This document shows, in pieces, positions 18,262 through 28,017 of a DNA stretch of 64,000 bases. The stretch is from the NCBI GenBank assembly GCA_965222375.1, contig CBDCTZ010000016.1, positions 1,408,001-1,472,000 on the forward strand, given 5' to 3'. The notes under the pieces are model-generated. The model did not search any database. It was not told the DNA's origin and worked only from the letters and a program-made list of their open reading frames with translations. Each line of letters opens with the position of its first letter. Positions within the stretch are counted from its first letter, which is position 1. Source of the DNA: Polyangiaceae bacterium (lineage in GTDB: Bacteria; Myxococcota_A; Polyangia; Polyangiales; Polyangiaceae). Position numbers and translations under genes: made by a program.

Positions 18262-18375
18262 GCTCGCTCGCGTCCCCAAGCAGCCGTTGGCACCCATCGC
18301 GTCGATTCTCCCTGCCCCGGGCGCCAGCACGGACCAAGAGTAGACAAAACCTGCCCGCGGTCTACGCTTCGAGGC

Positions 18376-19440
18376 GTGTCCTTTACTTGTCGTGCTCGTG
18401 TTGCGCTCGCCGTGAGCTTCCTCGCAGGGTGCCAGGGAGATCCCGTAGGTACCGTCGCCACGGACGCCGGCGCAACGGATGCGGCCACAGAAGCCGCGTT
18501 CGATGCGGGGCCGTACAAGTGGGACCTGGTCTACGAAGATCCAACCGCCGGGCCCGATGACGCATTGCACGCGATTTGGGGCTCCGGCGCCTACATCGTC
18601 GCCGTAGGGACGAACGCGTTGACCGTCGAGTTCGACGGCAAGACCTGGGACGCACGAGCGAAGACGAGCGGAGCGCACCTATATGGCGTTTGGGGTTCGT
18701 CGCCAGACGACGTGGCAGCCGTGGGGCTCTACTCCTTTGGCGGCAAGCCCGCGGTTTTTTTCAAGAATGCAGGAGGGTGGATCGTTGGTGGGCCCTTCCC
18801 GCCAGACATGCCCATTCTGACCGGTGTCTGGGGCATTGGGACCCAGAAGTACTTCACGGCCTTGGACGGTCGCATCTATCAGGATGACCCGGTGAAGTTC
18901 CCCTCCAAGCCCTACAACCTGGCGGCGATCACCGGTGGTTGCCCGGTGGGCAATCCGACCAGCCCGCAACTCAACGGCATCGATGGTACCGGCCTCGACA
19001 ACATCTTCGTGGTGGGGGATGAGCGACTTCAGGCTCATCGTGACGGCAATGACTGGTCGATCTTCTGCGCGCTCATTCCGGACGTGCATTTCAGCTCTGT
19101 CACGGCGATCCCTGGCTCCACAGACTTCTACGTCGGGGCAAACTTCTACGGACTATATCGCTGGCTCGGTCGCAGCGAGCCGATGATCCAGATTTTCGAA
19201 GACCGCGGCTTTGCGGGTGCGGACAAAGCGTATCTGCATGGCATGTGGTCGGCGAATCCTGCGCTGGTGGTCGGCGTGGGCAGTGGCGGCAAGGTGTTGC
19301 TCTACGACGGCGGTCAGGAGGGGGCGCGCACTATTCCGTCACCGACTACAGATGACCTCTACGACGTCTGGGGCCTCAACGAGCGCACCTTGTACATCGT
19401 CGGCAAGGGCAGCCGGATCTGGCGCCTCACGCTGCCTTGA
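18376..19440 (+). CDS. Beta-propeller lipoprotein
   Basis: LAGC lipobox; repeated L..(V/I)WG....(V/Y).VG blades. Confidence 0.8.
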   Translation: MSFTCRARVALAVSFLAGCQGDPVGTVATDAGATDAATEAAFDAGPYKWDLVYEDPTAGPDDALHAIWGSGAYIVAVGTNALTVEFDGKTWDARAKTSGAHLYGVWGSSPDDVAAVGLYSFGGKPAVFFKNAGGWIVGGPFPPDMPILTGVWGIGTQKYFTALDGRIYQDDPVKFPSKPYNLAAITGGCPVGNPTSPQLNGIDGTGLDNIFVVGDERLQAHRDGNDWSIFCALIPDVHFSSVTAIPGSTDFYVGANFYGLYRWLGRSEPMIQIFEDRGFAGADKAYLHGMWSANPALVVGVGSGGKVLLYDGGQEGARTIPSPTTDDLYDVWGLNERTLYIVGKGSRIWRLTLP

Positions 19441-19570
19441 GCCAGCTCGGATCCCGCGCAGGAACACTGCCGCCCGGTCGAGCCCGCGCTCCAAACCGTA
19501 CGGCAGCTCTGGTTTTTGGGGGATGTGCTGGATCAGCGCGTCATCGAGAGTTCTTCGCGGTGCCCGGTGA

Positions 19571-20152
19571 TCACCGGCCTAAGCGTTCCAGAATCGCCTC
19601 GAGTTCGCCGGCGAAGTCTGCATCCTCTAGAGCCGTGGTGAACTCGCCGACCACCCTGCGCACGCGGTCGAGATCCATCTCGTCGCAGAGTTCCACGAGC
19701 CCCTCGATGTCGGCTACGTCTCGTGGTCGCAAAGCGAGCGCTTTCATGATCACGAGATCCTCGCCGCGAGCGACGGGCAACACGTGCTGCAAGACCTGAA
19801 TTCGGGTTGCTGTAGCGACGAGCTCACTCTCGAAGGGTAGTGCCCCCAAGCTGATGTCTACGTCCACGCTGCTGCTGTCATGGCGAAGCAACAACACCCG
19901 CGTCGTCTTCGCGAACTCGATGGCATCTGGTCGCCGCAGGGAAAACCCTGAGGCCAGCGCTGCCCGCGCCAGCCCGTCCAGTCGGTCCAGCTCGCCCATG
20001 GCAACGAAATCGACGTCCTGCGTCATTCGTGGACGCGCTCGAACGGCAACTGCAAAACCACCGACGATAGCCGCGGGTAATTCTTCGTCGTCGAGTAGCT
20101 TCGACGCCGCGGCGGCGGCCTGCACGAGGGGAGCAGCCTCAGCGTTGGCCAT
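19571..20152 (-). CDS. Pol-beta superfamily nucleotidyltransferase (AbiEii/DUF6036-like), putative toxin
   Basis: IVGGFAV...RPRMTQDVDF and EDLVIMKALALRPRDVADI motifs. Confidence 0.75.
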   Translation of the reverse strand: MANAEAAPLVQAAAAASKLLDDEELPAAIVGGFAVAVRARPRMTQDVDFVAMGELDRLDGLARAALASGFSLRRPDAIEFAKTTRVLLLRHDSSSVDVDISLGALPFESELVATATRIQVLQHVLPVARGEDLVIMKALALRPRDVADIEGLVELCDEMDLDRVRRVVGEFTTALEDADFAGELEAILERLGR

Positions 20153-20369
20153 CGGCTGAGCTGAGGGCTTGGCGCAATCTGTTCCAGCGTGCCCAAATCG
20201 CGGAGTCGCTCTCGCCCTGGCCATCCCCCGCTGCCATCGCCGTGGCACTGGACATCAGACGGGCCAACTCGCCTAACTTCTCTTCCACACTTCGGGAGCG
20301 CACTTCCTCGCGCTCGTACTTGGCGACAGCCCGTCGGCGCGACAAGTACTCCGTGACGTCCTGGGACAT
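20139..20369 (-). CDS. Small helical protein overlapping the NTase start; putative antitoxin partner
   Basis: 76 aa; 14-nt overlap with the NTase; TACAAT -10 box 7 nt upstream of the ATG. Confidence 0.6.
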   Translation of the reverse strand: MSQDVTEYLSRRRAVAKYEREEVRSRSVEEKLGELARLMSSATAMAAGDGQGESDSAIWARWNRLRQALSSADGQR

Positions 20370-20465
20370 GCCCAAGATTGTATCACTTGGTGGTCGACGT
20401 TGGAGATCTCGTGGAACCCTGTCTGGTCGCGGCCCGCGCGGCCGGAGGTCGCGCACCGCCTTGCC

Positions 20466-20940
20466 TCACAACTCCGCGCCCGCGCGATACTTGAGCCAAG
20501 AGGTATAAGCCAGGACTCCGACGCCAAGCAGCGGATCCGGGGGCATCCACGTGGCCGTGGGCAATGCGCGTACTTGGCGCAACAGCTCCGAGTCCTCGTC
20601 GGAAATGTGATCCGCGAGCAGCGTACCCAAGGCGGTGCCCATCGCGAGGCCAACCCCGTTATAGCCCGCCGCTGCGTGCACCCGCTCGCCCACGGTTCCA
20701 AAACAATGGGTGTCGTGGAGTGTCATTCCTAGCTTGCCACCCCAGGTGTGCTCGAGTTCGACGTCGCTGAGCATGGGGAAACGGGCCTCGAAGCTTCGTT
20801 GGTGGGTGCGACATGCCCGCGCCAGCAATTCTGCGCTGCTAGCGTTGGCTTTGGCGTCAGCCGTGTAGCTGACGGTTGCACGGAGCAACAGCCGTTGATC
20901 CTGCGTGCGTCGGAGAGTTGACCCCATCCGCTCCTCAGCA
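20466..20940 (-). pseudogene. C-terminal fragment of a DAO/PuuB-like FAD oxidoreductase
   Basis: HTWGG...AAAGYNGVGLAMGTALG present; N-terminal GxGxxG Rossmann motif absent. Confidence 0.7.
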
Positions 20941-21259
20941 CGTAGGCACGTTTGGTGGAGTCCAAGTAGTAGGATCCGGCGGCGAGCAGGTGCAGAATGA
21001 ACGCCACCTGAGGTGCGCCTCCGGAGATCAACGTGCCTGCGCTTCCTAGGCCGAAGTGCAGCGCTATCGTCGCGTACAGGCTCTCATTGAACCGAAAGCC
21101 CTCGAGATGTGTCTCGATGCCGAGCGTCGAGAGTTCTTGCGCAATGATCTCGGCTGCGCGCCGTTCGTCCTCGCTCGTCGAAGAGCGACGTGGGCAGCGC
21201 TCGACAATCCGTTCGAGAAGTTCCCGAATGTAGCTGGACTCCTCCTCAATGGATTTCAT
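20935..21259 (-). pseudogene. N-terminal fragment of an M28-like membrane peptidase
   Basis: CPRRSSTSEDERRAAEIIAQEL...EGFRF followed by two TM segments; the sequence then switches into the oxidoreductase fragment. Confidence 0.55.
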
Positions 21260-21663
21260 GCCCCGCCATCCTAGCGTGCTTGTTGGTCGCGACGCGCTGG
21301 TGCGGCGTGCGGGGTCAACGCGATGGCGTATCGGGTCAATGCCGCGACTTTTGGCCCCGCATTAGCGTCTAATACGCTCTCGACGCCAGGTGGTTGCGGC
21401 TAGGGTTGGACCAGACAGATGCAAGGCATTGCGCTGGGGGCTGAAGGCACTGCTGTTCGTCGGCGTCCTGAGCGTGACGACTAGCTGCGCTGAAGACGAG
21501 GGCGTTGGGGCCGATTCGACCAAGCCCGACGTGACGACACAGCTTGATGGGACAGCAAGAAAAGGCCGGTGTGCTCTCTTTCTGGGTAGCATAAGGCTGC
21601 GTCATTTCGTCGTCTCTAAGGGCGGCTGGCTGAGGCCTGCTGGGTGTGCAATCTTGGTCCGAG

Positions 21664-22734
21664 ATGGTCCTTTCCCGAAGGTGTCAATTGCTGCTCGCGG
21701 CAATGGCCGCAGGGTTTTCCGTGCGTTGCGGCGGGCTCGTCACCGGGGACTCAAATCCCGCGGCTGGCTCTGGAGGGCTTGGTACCAGCGGAGGCATGGG
21801 CGGCATGGTTTCCGGGACGGGCGGCGCACTGGATGCGTCCGTCGGCTCTGGGGGCATCGCCGGCACTGCCGACGCTGGCAAGGTCGAGGCGGGCACGTCG
21901 AAGGTTCAACAGATAATCCGCGCCTGCGCGAAAGCCGCCAGTTGCGGCGCGCAGATCCCCCCCGGGGTGGACGGACCCTTTACCGTCAGCCTGTGCATCA
22001 ACCGCTTCGGATACCCTGGTGGCCTATCGACTCCGGTCAGTGGGGTCGTCGACCCGGACGTCGCCAAACGGTTGATCGACTGCGCGTCGTCGGCGACATG
22101 TGCCGACTACTTCTCTTGCTTTGGAGGCGATTGGTTGGGGCTCTCGCGATGTAGGGAGGGGGCCAACTGCAAGGACAACAAGCTCACTCAATATGATGTA
22201 GGCAGTCCCCAGTTCGACTGCAGCGTCCTCGGTGCAACGTGCTTCGAGCTCTACTCGGGCGCGATTCGCTCATGCTGCAACGCGAAGCTCTGTACCGACT
22301 CCTTGAATACGGTGACCTGCAACTCCACCTCGGGGACTTACTGCCATGGCTGGGGTGCCTATTTCGAATTCGAGTGCGGCCCCAATACCGTCTGCAACAC
22401 TGACCCATCCGCGCTGTGCATCGGGACCGGCGCGCCATGCAGCCTGCAAGACCCAGTAACCTGCTCCGGCGATGTTGCCAGCTATTGCGCTGGTGGCAAG
22501 ATCGCCACCCTTGATTGCGGTGACAACCCCTTCCGCAGCGCGTGCGGATCGAAAAGCTACGAGCCCTGCGTGCCGCGTGGGAGTCAATGTCACCCGCAGG
22601 GATTCGAAGGAAACTGCCAGGGAAGCGAGCTCTCCTTCTGTTTCGACGGCGAGATCAAGACCATCGACTGCACGAGCCTCGGCTTCAAGTCTTGCGGGGC
22701 GGGTGTCGTCGGCGGCGCTCGTTGCGTCGAGTGA
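21664..22734 (+). CDS. Cys-rich secreted/lipoprotein
   Basis: Signal-like N-terminus ending VRCGG, Gly linker, many Cys in repeated modules. Confidence 0.75.
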   Translation: MVLSRRCQLLLAAMAAGFSVRCGGLVTGDSNPAAGSGGLGTSGGMGGMVSGTGGALDASVGSGGIAGTADAGKVEAGTSKVQQIIRACAKAASCGAQIPPGVDGPFTVSLCINRFGYPGGLSTPVSGVVDPDVAKRLIDCASSATCADYFSCFGGDWLGLSRCREGANCKDNKLTQYDVGSPQFDCSVLGATCFELYSGAIRSCCNAKLCTDSLNTVTCNSTSGTYCHGWGAYFEFECGPNTVCNTDPSALCIGTGAPCSLQDPVTCSGDVASYCAGGKIATLDCGDNPFRSACGSKSYEPCVPRGSQCHPQGFEGNCQGSELSFCFDGEIKTIDCTSLGFKSCGAGVVGGARCVE

Positions 22735-22815
22735 GGGTAGCCGGACCAAGTTCTCCCAACCCACTGAGTTGAGGGGTCGCCGGAGCGCGCGCTGGTGCAA
22801 TTGATCGGTAGGCAT

Positions 22816-22925
22816 TGGTTTTTGGGGGGGTGTGCCGGATCAGCGCGTCATCGACAGTTCTTCGCTGCGCCCGCTGATCACCGGCCCAAGCATTTCAGAG
22901 TGCCCTCGAGTTGCCCGGCGAGGTC
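22816..22925 (-). repeat. Diverged copy of 19510-19618 (NTase 3' end plus downstream DNA)
   Basis: Shared GGATCAGCGCGTCATCGA.AGTTCTTCGC...TGATCACCGGCC; encodes DLAGQLEGTLKCLGR* versus DFAGELEAILERLGR*. Confidence 0.85.
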
Positions 22926-23000
22926 GGCTAGCCAGGCTTCTCGGCACTTTCTGGGTCACGCAGGCGCTGCCCATTCGTCGTCCCTACCAAAGGAGACGGC

Positions 23001-23360
23001 ATGTACGAGTTTCTGAGAATGGGCGGTGTCCCGATGATCTTTGTTCTGCTCTTTGGTGGTCTCACCATGGCGGCGGCCATCGCGTTTGCGCGTCGGCCGA
23101 TGGAGCGCATGGTCGGCATGATCCGTGGGATGTCCATCGCCACGGTGTTCGTGGTGCTCAGTGCGGTCACATCGGGGTTGGTGAAGGTCGCTACCGGGAT
23201 CCCCCATACGCCCGAGTGGGCCAACCATCCGCAGCTTCACCTGATCGTCATGGCAGGCATTGGCGAGTCGCTCACGGCGGCGATCGTGGGTTTCAGTTTT
23301 CTCGCCATGGCCTGGCTAGTGACCGCCCTCGGTGTGCGCCGCATGGGTCAAGTCGCGTAG
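23001..23360 (+). CDS. Small 3-TM membrane protein
   Basis: AAGGAG Shine-Dalgarno; three hydrophobic helices. Confidence 0.75.
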   Translation: MYEFLRMGGVPMIFVLLFGGLTMAAAIAFARRPMERMVGMIRGMSIATVFVVLSAVTSGLVKVATGIPHTPEWANHPQLHLIVMAGIGESLTAAIVGFSFLAMAWLVTALGVRRMGQVA

Positions 23361-23949
23361 GTGCGCGTTGGCTGGAGAGCTTGCCAGCTCGGTACTCGGC
23401 AGACTGCGGCATGGGGACGCTGCAGCCTTCGACGCTGTCCATGACCGCTACCGGTCGCGCATCTTTGGCTTTCTCGTCCGGCTCACCAAGAACCGAACGC
23501 TGTCCGAGGACTTGGTGCAAGAGGCGTTCTTGCGACTTGCCCGCTCCGCACCCGACTTGGCTTCGGACACGAATCTGCGCGCCTGGCTGTTCTGTGTTGC
23601 GCGGAATCTGGCGGTCGACCACCAGCGCTGGGCGCTGCTGGATTTCGATCGCCTGTTCGAGTTGTCGCTGTGGCCGCGACTCGTGTCGGATGCGGCGGCT
23701 TCGCCTCTGGATCTGGCGCAAGCGAGCGAAACACAGCTCAGATTGGAGGACGCGCTGTCAGAACTGAGTGCTGAACACCGCGAAGTCGTGTTGTTGGTAT
23801 GCGTCGAAGGCATGGAGCCATCGGAAGCGGCCGGGGTGCTCGGGCTCGCGCCTGCCACTCTGCGCAAACGTCTCTCCCGCGCTCGCGAGCGTCTCAGTGA
23901 AGCACTGACGGAAACCGCGGGTGTGTTGTCTCAAGGAGCCCTGCCGTGA
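23332..23949 (+). CDS. ECF RNA polymerase sigma factor (start uncertain)
   Basis: EDLVQEAFLRL, RAWLFCVARN, region 4 REVVLL...EAAGVLG...RLSRAR. Confidence 0.9.
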   Translation: MCAAWVKSRRCALAGELASSVLGRLRHGDAAAFDAVHDRYRSRIFGFLVRLTKNRTLSEDLVQEAFLRLARSAPDLASDTNLRAWLFCVARNLAVDHQRWALLDFDRLFELSLWPRLVSDAAASPLDLAQASETQLRLEDALSELSAEHREVVLLVCVEGMEPSEAAGVLGLAPATLRKRLSRARERLSEALTETAGVLSQGALP

Positions 23950-24170
23950 ACGACGACGACCTCTCCACGCTGCTTGGGCAGCTGCCGACCCAGGATGTGG
24001 ATCGCTTCCGCGCCGAGCGCATCCGCGCGCTGGCTCATCGAGACCTGCGCAGCGCCTTGAGCGATCACCGGCGCAAACTTCAAGCCTTCGAGCCCCTTTT
24101 GGTAGCTGCGGCATGTGTGCTCTACCTCAGTTGGGCGTTGATGCGTGCGGCGGCCGGTTTGGGGGGCTGA
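23946..24170 (+). CDS. Small single-TM protein, putative anti-sigma factor
   Basis: GTGA overlap with the sigma factor; C-terminal TM helix. Confidence 0.6.
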   Translation: MNDDDLSTLLGQLPTQDVDRFRAERIRALAHRDLRSALSDHRRKLQAFEPLLVAAACVLYLSWALMRAAAGLGG

Positions 24171-24201
24171 TCTCGTAAACAAACGCGCTATGCTCCTGGC
24201 G

Positions 24202-25224
24202 ATGAAGCGCGCATTGTTCTCGGTCTTGGGTCTGCTGTTTGCTGTCGGCTGTGGCAGCGACGATTCGTCCGGTGGCGGTGGCGGTAGTGGTGGCGCTGCA
24301 GGAGCCGGTGGTAGCAGCGCAAGCGCTGGAAGCGGCGCCTCGGCGGGTAGCGCCGGGACCGCCGGGAGTGCGGGCGGAGGTGGCTCATCGGGTACGACTG
24401 GGTGCGGGACGGCGCCGCCGGCGAATGGTAAACGGGACATCAGCCACGGGGGCGTGGCGCGCAGTTACCAATTGTATGTGCCTGCGGGATACGACAACGC
24501 CAAGCCCACGGCGCTGGTGATGAATTTCCACGGCCGCACTGCGGCCAACCTCGGGGAAGCCGCGCCGTTACAGGAGGTGGTCAGTGGCATGTACGCCAAG
24601 GCCGACGCGGCAGGGTTCGTCGTGGTCAACCCCCAGGGGTTGACCGAGCCCGATGGGGCTCAAACCTGGAATGCGGGCTTTTGCTGTGCTGCGGACAAGA
24701 GTCGGGATGATCTCGGCTTTGTCGACGCTGTTATCGACGAGCTTTCTGCGCAGCTGTGTATCGATCCCAAGCGCATCTACGCGACGGGACTTTCGAATGG
24801 TGGCTTCATGTCTCATCGCATCGCCTGTGAGCGCGCGGACCGCTTTGCGGCCGTGGCCCCGGTTGCTGCCTTCAACGGAATGGCCACTTGCACGCCATCC
24901 CGGCCCATTGCGCTGATGAACTTCAGCGGCACCGCCGATAGCCTCGTGAACTACGGTATGAGCAAGACTTCCGTGGAGGAGTGGGCGACGAGAAACGGCT
25001 GCGGCGCGACGCCCACGGAGACCTTCAAGAACGGAGACAGCCACTGCGACACCTACGCAGGTTGCAACGGCGGCGTCGAAGTCATCCTGTGCACGATAGA
25101 CGACGGCGGGCACACCTGGCCCGGCGGCGCGGATCTGTCCTCTTTTGGCTTTGGCAAAACAACGCAAGATCTCAAAGCCAACGACGCCATGTGGGACTTC
25201 TTCCAGAAGCACACACTGCCCTGA
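24202..25224 (+). CDS. PHB depolymerase/LpqP-like esterase lipoprotein
   Basis: AVGC lipobox; FHG, WNAGFCC, GLSNGG nucleophile elbow, GHTWPG. Confidence 0.88.
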   Translation: MKRALFSVLGLLFAVGCGSDDSSGGGGGSGGAAGAGGSSASAGSGASAGSAGTAGSAGGGGSSGTTGCGTAPPANGKRDISHGGVARSYQLYVPAGYDNAKPTALVMNFHGRTAANLGEAAPLQEVVSGMYAKADAAGFVVVNPQGLTEPDGAQTWNAGFCCAADKSRDDLGFVDAVIDELSAQLCIDPKRIYATGLSNGGFMSHRIACERADRFAAVAPVAAFNGMATCTPSRPIALMNFSGTADSLVNYGMSKTSVEEWATRNGCGATPTETFKNGDSHCDTYAGCNGGVEVILCTIDDGGHTWPGGADLSSFGFGKTTQDLKANDAMWDFFQKHTLP

Positions 25225-25432
25225 GGTGATCATTGATTTCGAGGCCAACGTTGCGCTAGGCGTCGGTTGGGCCAAATACTCGGTCTAGCTTCCATGTGCA
25301 GACGGCATGCCAGCGAGTGTTCGCACGCTTTTCGATGCAAATCCCGATGCGGACGCGCTGGCCGCAAACTCAGCTGCCAAGCGCTGGTTGGCAGCGTGGG
25401 AGCTTATGCTGCCCTCTGTGAACTTCCGCTGG

Positions 25433-26356
25433 TCAGTTCTTCGTGACCGCGTCTGCGCAACAGCGTATGCCGACGGTGATCAACGCGGCCTTTCGGTCCG
25501 CAGAGGCATCCACGTCGCAGCGCAGGTTAGCTTGGTTGCTGCTGAACCCGCCACCGCGGATCCGGCACTTGTCGGTCACGCCGACGCTGTCGGAGCACGA
25601 GTCCTCCCATTCGAATACGTTGCCGCTCATGTCGAGGAGGCCGTCGACGCCGCCGTTGCAGCTGAGTTGGCCGCCGACCTGAACCGGCGATCCCGCGGCG
25701 AAGTCCTGGCCGTTGCAGCTCTTGCTCTGGTAGGTGTTGCCGTAGGGGTAGATGGTGCTCCCGCCATCGCTGCAGGCATTGAACCACTCGCTGAGTTGTG
25801 GCTCGGCGGGTGAGTCGAAAGGAGCGCTCCCGCCGCCGAGCTTGCCGCATAGGCGCTTGTTCACCGACGCGCAGTAGGCCCAGGCATCGCACCAGTCCAC
25901 GAAGGCGACAGGGCGGTTTCCATCTCCCGGTGGCGGTGGCCACGCCCCTGCCGGCGTGAAGGTCGCATTCCAGGTGCACGCCTGTGCTTGTTTTGTGGCG
26001 TCCGCGCCGCTCAAGAAGCCCTCGTATTCCGTGTTGGTGACCTCGGTGCGGTCGACGCAGTATTGAACGCCGAACCCAGCGGCGACGAGGACCATAGTCG
26101 AATCTGCGCAGGTCACGCTGGGGCCACCATCCGACCCCGAGCCTCCGCCACTACCGCTCGTCCCTGCGCTACCGCCCACTGCCCCTGAGCCGCCGCTGCC
26201 ACCACTGCCCCCGCTGCCGGAGGTGCCGCCCGCACCTGCGCTGCCCTGAGGCAGCAACTTGTCCCAATCATGGGAGCAGGCTGCCGACGAGAGCACCAGG
26301 CTGAGCATGATCATGCGGCTGGCAGGGGCGATCATGGTCGCCGGGAGCGTAGCCAA
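25433..26356 (-). CDS. FGE-sulfatase (SUMF1) domain lipoprotein (start uncertain)
   Basis: DRTEVTN, RPVAFVDWCDA, DMSGNVFEW, GIRCC; SAAC lipobox. Confidence 0.88.
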   Translation of the reverse strand: MATLPATMIAPASRMIMLSLVLSSAACSHDWDKLLPQGSAGAGGTSGSGGSGGSGGSGAVGGSAGTSGSGGGSGSDGGPSVTCADSTMVLVAAGFGVQYCVDRTEVTNTEYEGFLSGADATKQAQACTWNATFTPAGAWPPPPGDGNRPVAFVDWCDAWAYCASVNKRLCGKLGGGSAPFDSPAEPQLSEWFNACSDGGSTIYPYGNTYQSKSCNGQDFAAGSPVQVGGQLSCNGGVDGLLDMSGNVFEWEDSCSDSVGVTDKCRIRGGGFSSNQANLRCDVDASADRKAALITVGIRCCADAVTKN

Positions 26357-26437
26357 TAAACGCCCTGTTTTCCACTCGCTGAGGACCCGCCAGCTGGCCC
26401 CACCCTTCAGGCGCGTGTAGGCTCCAAGCCGGTACCA

Positions 26438-28009
26438 GTGGCGCTATCGCGGGTCGGTCGTTACGAGCTAATCCGTCCGATCGCATCGGGCGGAATGGCG
26501 ACAGTGCACCTAGGCCGCGTGGTAGGCGCCGGTGGCTTCCAGCGCTTGGTGGCGATCAAGGTGATGCACCAACACATCGCCGAGGATCCGGAATTCGTGG
26601 CCATGTTTTTGGACGAGGCGCGATTGGCTGCTGGCATCCGTCACCCCAACGTCGTGGCGACTTTGGACATCGAGCAAGGTGCCGACGGTCTACTCCTAGT
26701 GATGGAGTATGTGGAAGGTGCCTCGGCCCACGTCTTGGTGAAGGCGCTGCGGCAGGCAGGCAAGCGTCTGCCCCTTCCCGTGACCCTGCGTGTCTGCATG
26801 GATGCGCTCAACGGATTGCACGCTGCCCACGAACTGAAGAGCACCGGTGGTCGGCCCCTGGGCCTCGTTCATCGGGACGTGTCGCCCCAGAACATCTTGG
26901 TAGGTGTCGATGGCGTCAGCCGTATCACGGACTTTGGAGTGGCGCGGGCAGGGGCGAGGATCTCGAGTACGCGCGGGAGCCAGATAAAGGGCAAAGTGCC
27001 TTACATGTCCCCGGAGCAGCTCCGGGCGGAAGAGATCGATCGCCGAAGCGACGTGTGGGCGGCGGGAGTGGTGCTGTGGGAGTTGCTCACGAGCGCACGC
27101 CTATTTCGAGCGCCCAGCGATGGTGCGCTGGTAGCGCAAGTGATGGCGGGGGTGAACCAAGGCCCCCGGGCGGTGGATCCGAGCATACCCGTCGAGATCG
27201 ACGCCGTGTGCATGCGGGCGCTCTCCCTCGAAGTCTCGCAGCGCTTCGCATCCACAGCCAACTTCGCCGACGCGCTCGAAGAGGCTGCCTCCCGCGCCCG
27301 AGTCAGTATTGGGAGCCCCCGCAGCGTTGGAAAGTTCGTGTCGACCACGCTGGCGGCCGCCGGGCTCGCTCCGCAGACGGACGGTGTGGCCGGAGTCGGC
27401 GCAGCCGTCGCGGCCGACTACCCGAGGCCTCCTCAAGCTAGCCGCCCCAGCACGGGGCCAAGCCAGCCCACTGCTCCGCTGCCCGCGGCAAAGTTCGACG
27501 ACGACCAAGCCGCGACAGTTGCCCGGGACGTTTCTGGTGGCGTCCACACTCCGCTCCGAGGCCTGCCCGAACACGGTAGCGGTGCGAGCTCCGTTGCCGT
27601 GGCCCCCGTTGCGGCGCCGCGGGCCACGCAGGCTGGACGTGCGGCGGGCGTTGGCGTCTTGGTCGGCGGGGCACTTGGCATGCTGTTGCTGCTCGGCATC
27701 GTGATCACGGTGTTCGTGCGTCGCTCACCAGCGCCGCCCGTCGCCGCTGCGCCTCCGGCGAGCGTTGCCCAGCCGGCGCCAACCCCGACGGCTCCGCCAC
27801 CAATTACACCCAGCGAGCTCGAACTCGCCCCGGACGCGGCCGCAGAGAGTTCTGCGCCAATAGCGGAAGAGCCCGCACCAGAGCCAGAGCCGCCCCCTGC
27901 CTCGACGGCGACGCCAAAGCCCGCCCCGGCCAACAACTGGGCGCCGCGTCCGAAGCCGAGGCCCCAGCCGAAACCGGGCGGCAACGAGTTCGAGCCAGAT
28001 CGACTATAA
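26438..28009 (+). CDS. Membrane Ser/Thr protein kinase
   Basis: GGMATV, VAIK, HRDVSPQN, DFG, YMSPE; TM helix and Pro-rich periplasmic tail. Confidence 0.95.
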   Translation: MALSRVGRYELIRPIASGGMATVHLGRVVGAGGFQRLVAIKVMHQHIAEDPEFVAMFLDEARLAAGIRHPNVVATLDIEQGADGLLLVMEYVEGASAHVLVKALRQAGKRLPLPVTLRVCMDALNGLHAAHELKSTGGRPLGLVHRDVSPQNILVGVDGVSRITDFGVARAGARISSTRGSQIKGKVPYMSPEQLRAEEIDRRSDVWAAGVVLWELLTSARLFRAPSDGALVAQVMAGVNQGPRAVDPSIPVEIDAVCMRALSLEVSQRFASTANFADALEEAASRARVSIGSPRSVGKFVSTTLAAAGLAPQTDGVAGVGAAVAADYPRPPQASRPSTGPSQPTAPLPAAKFDDDQAATVARDVSGGVHTPLRGLPEHGSGASSVAVAPVAAPRATQAGRAAGVGVLVGGALGMLLLLGIVITVFVRRSPAPPVAAAPPASVAQPAPTPTAPPPITPSELELAPDAAAESSAPIAEEPAPEPEPPPASTATPKPAPANNWAPRPKPRPQPKPGGNEFEPDRL

Positions 28010-28017
28010 AGACAGGG

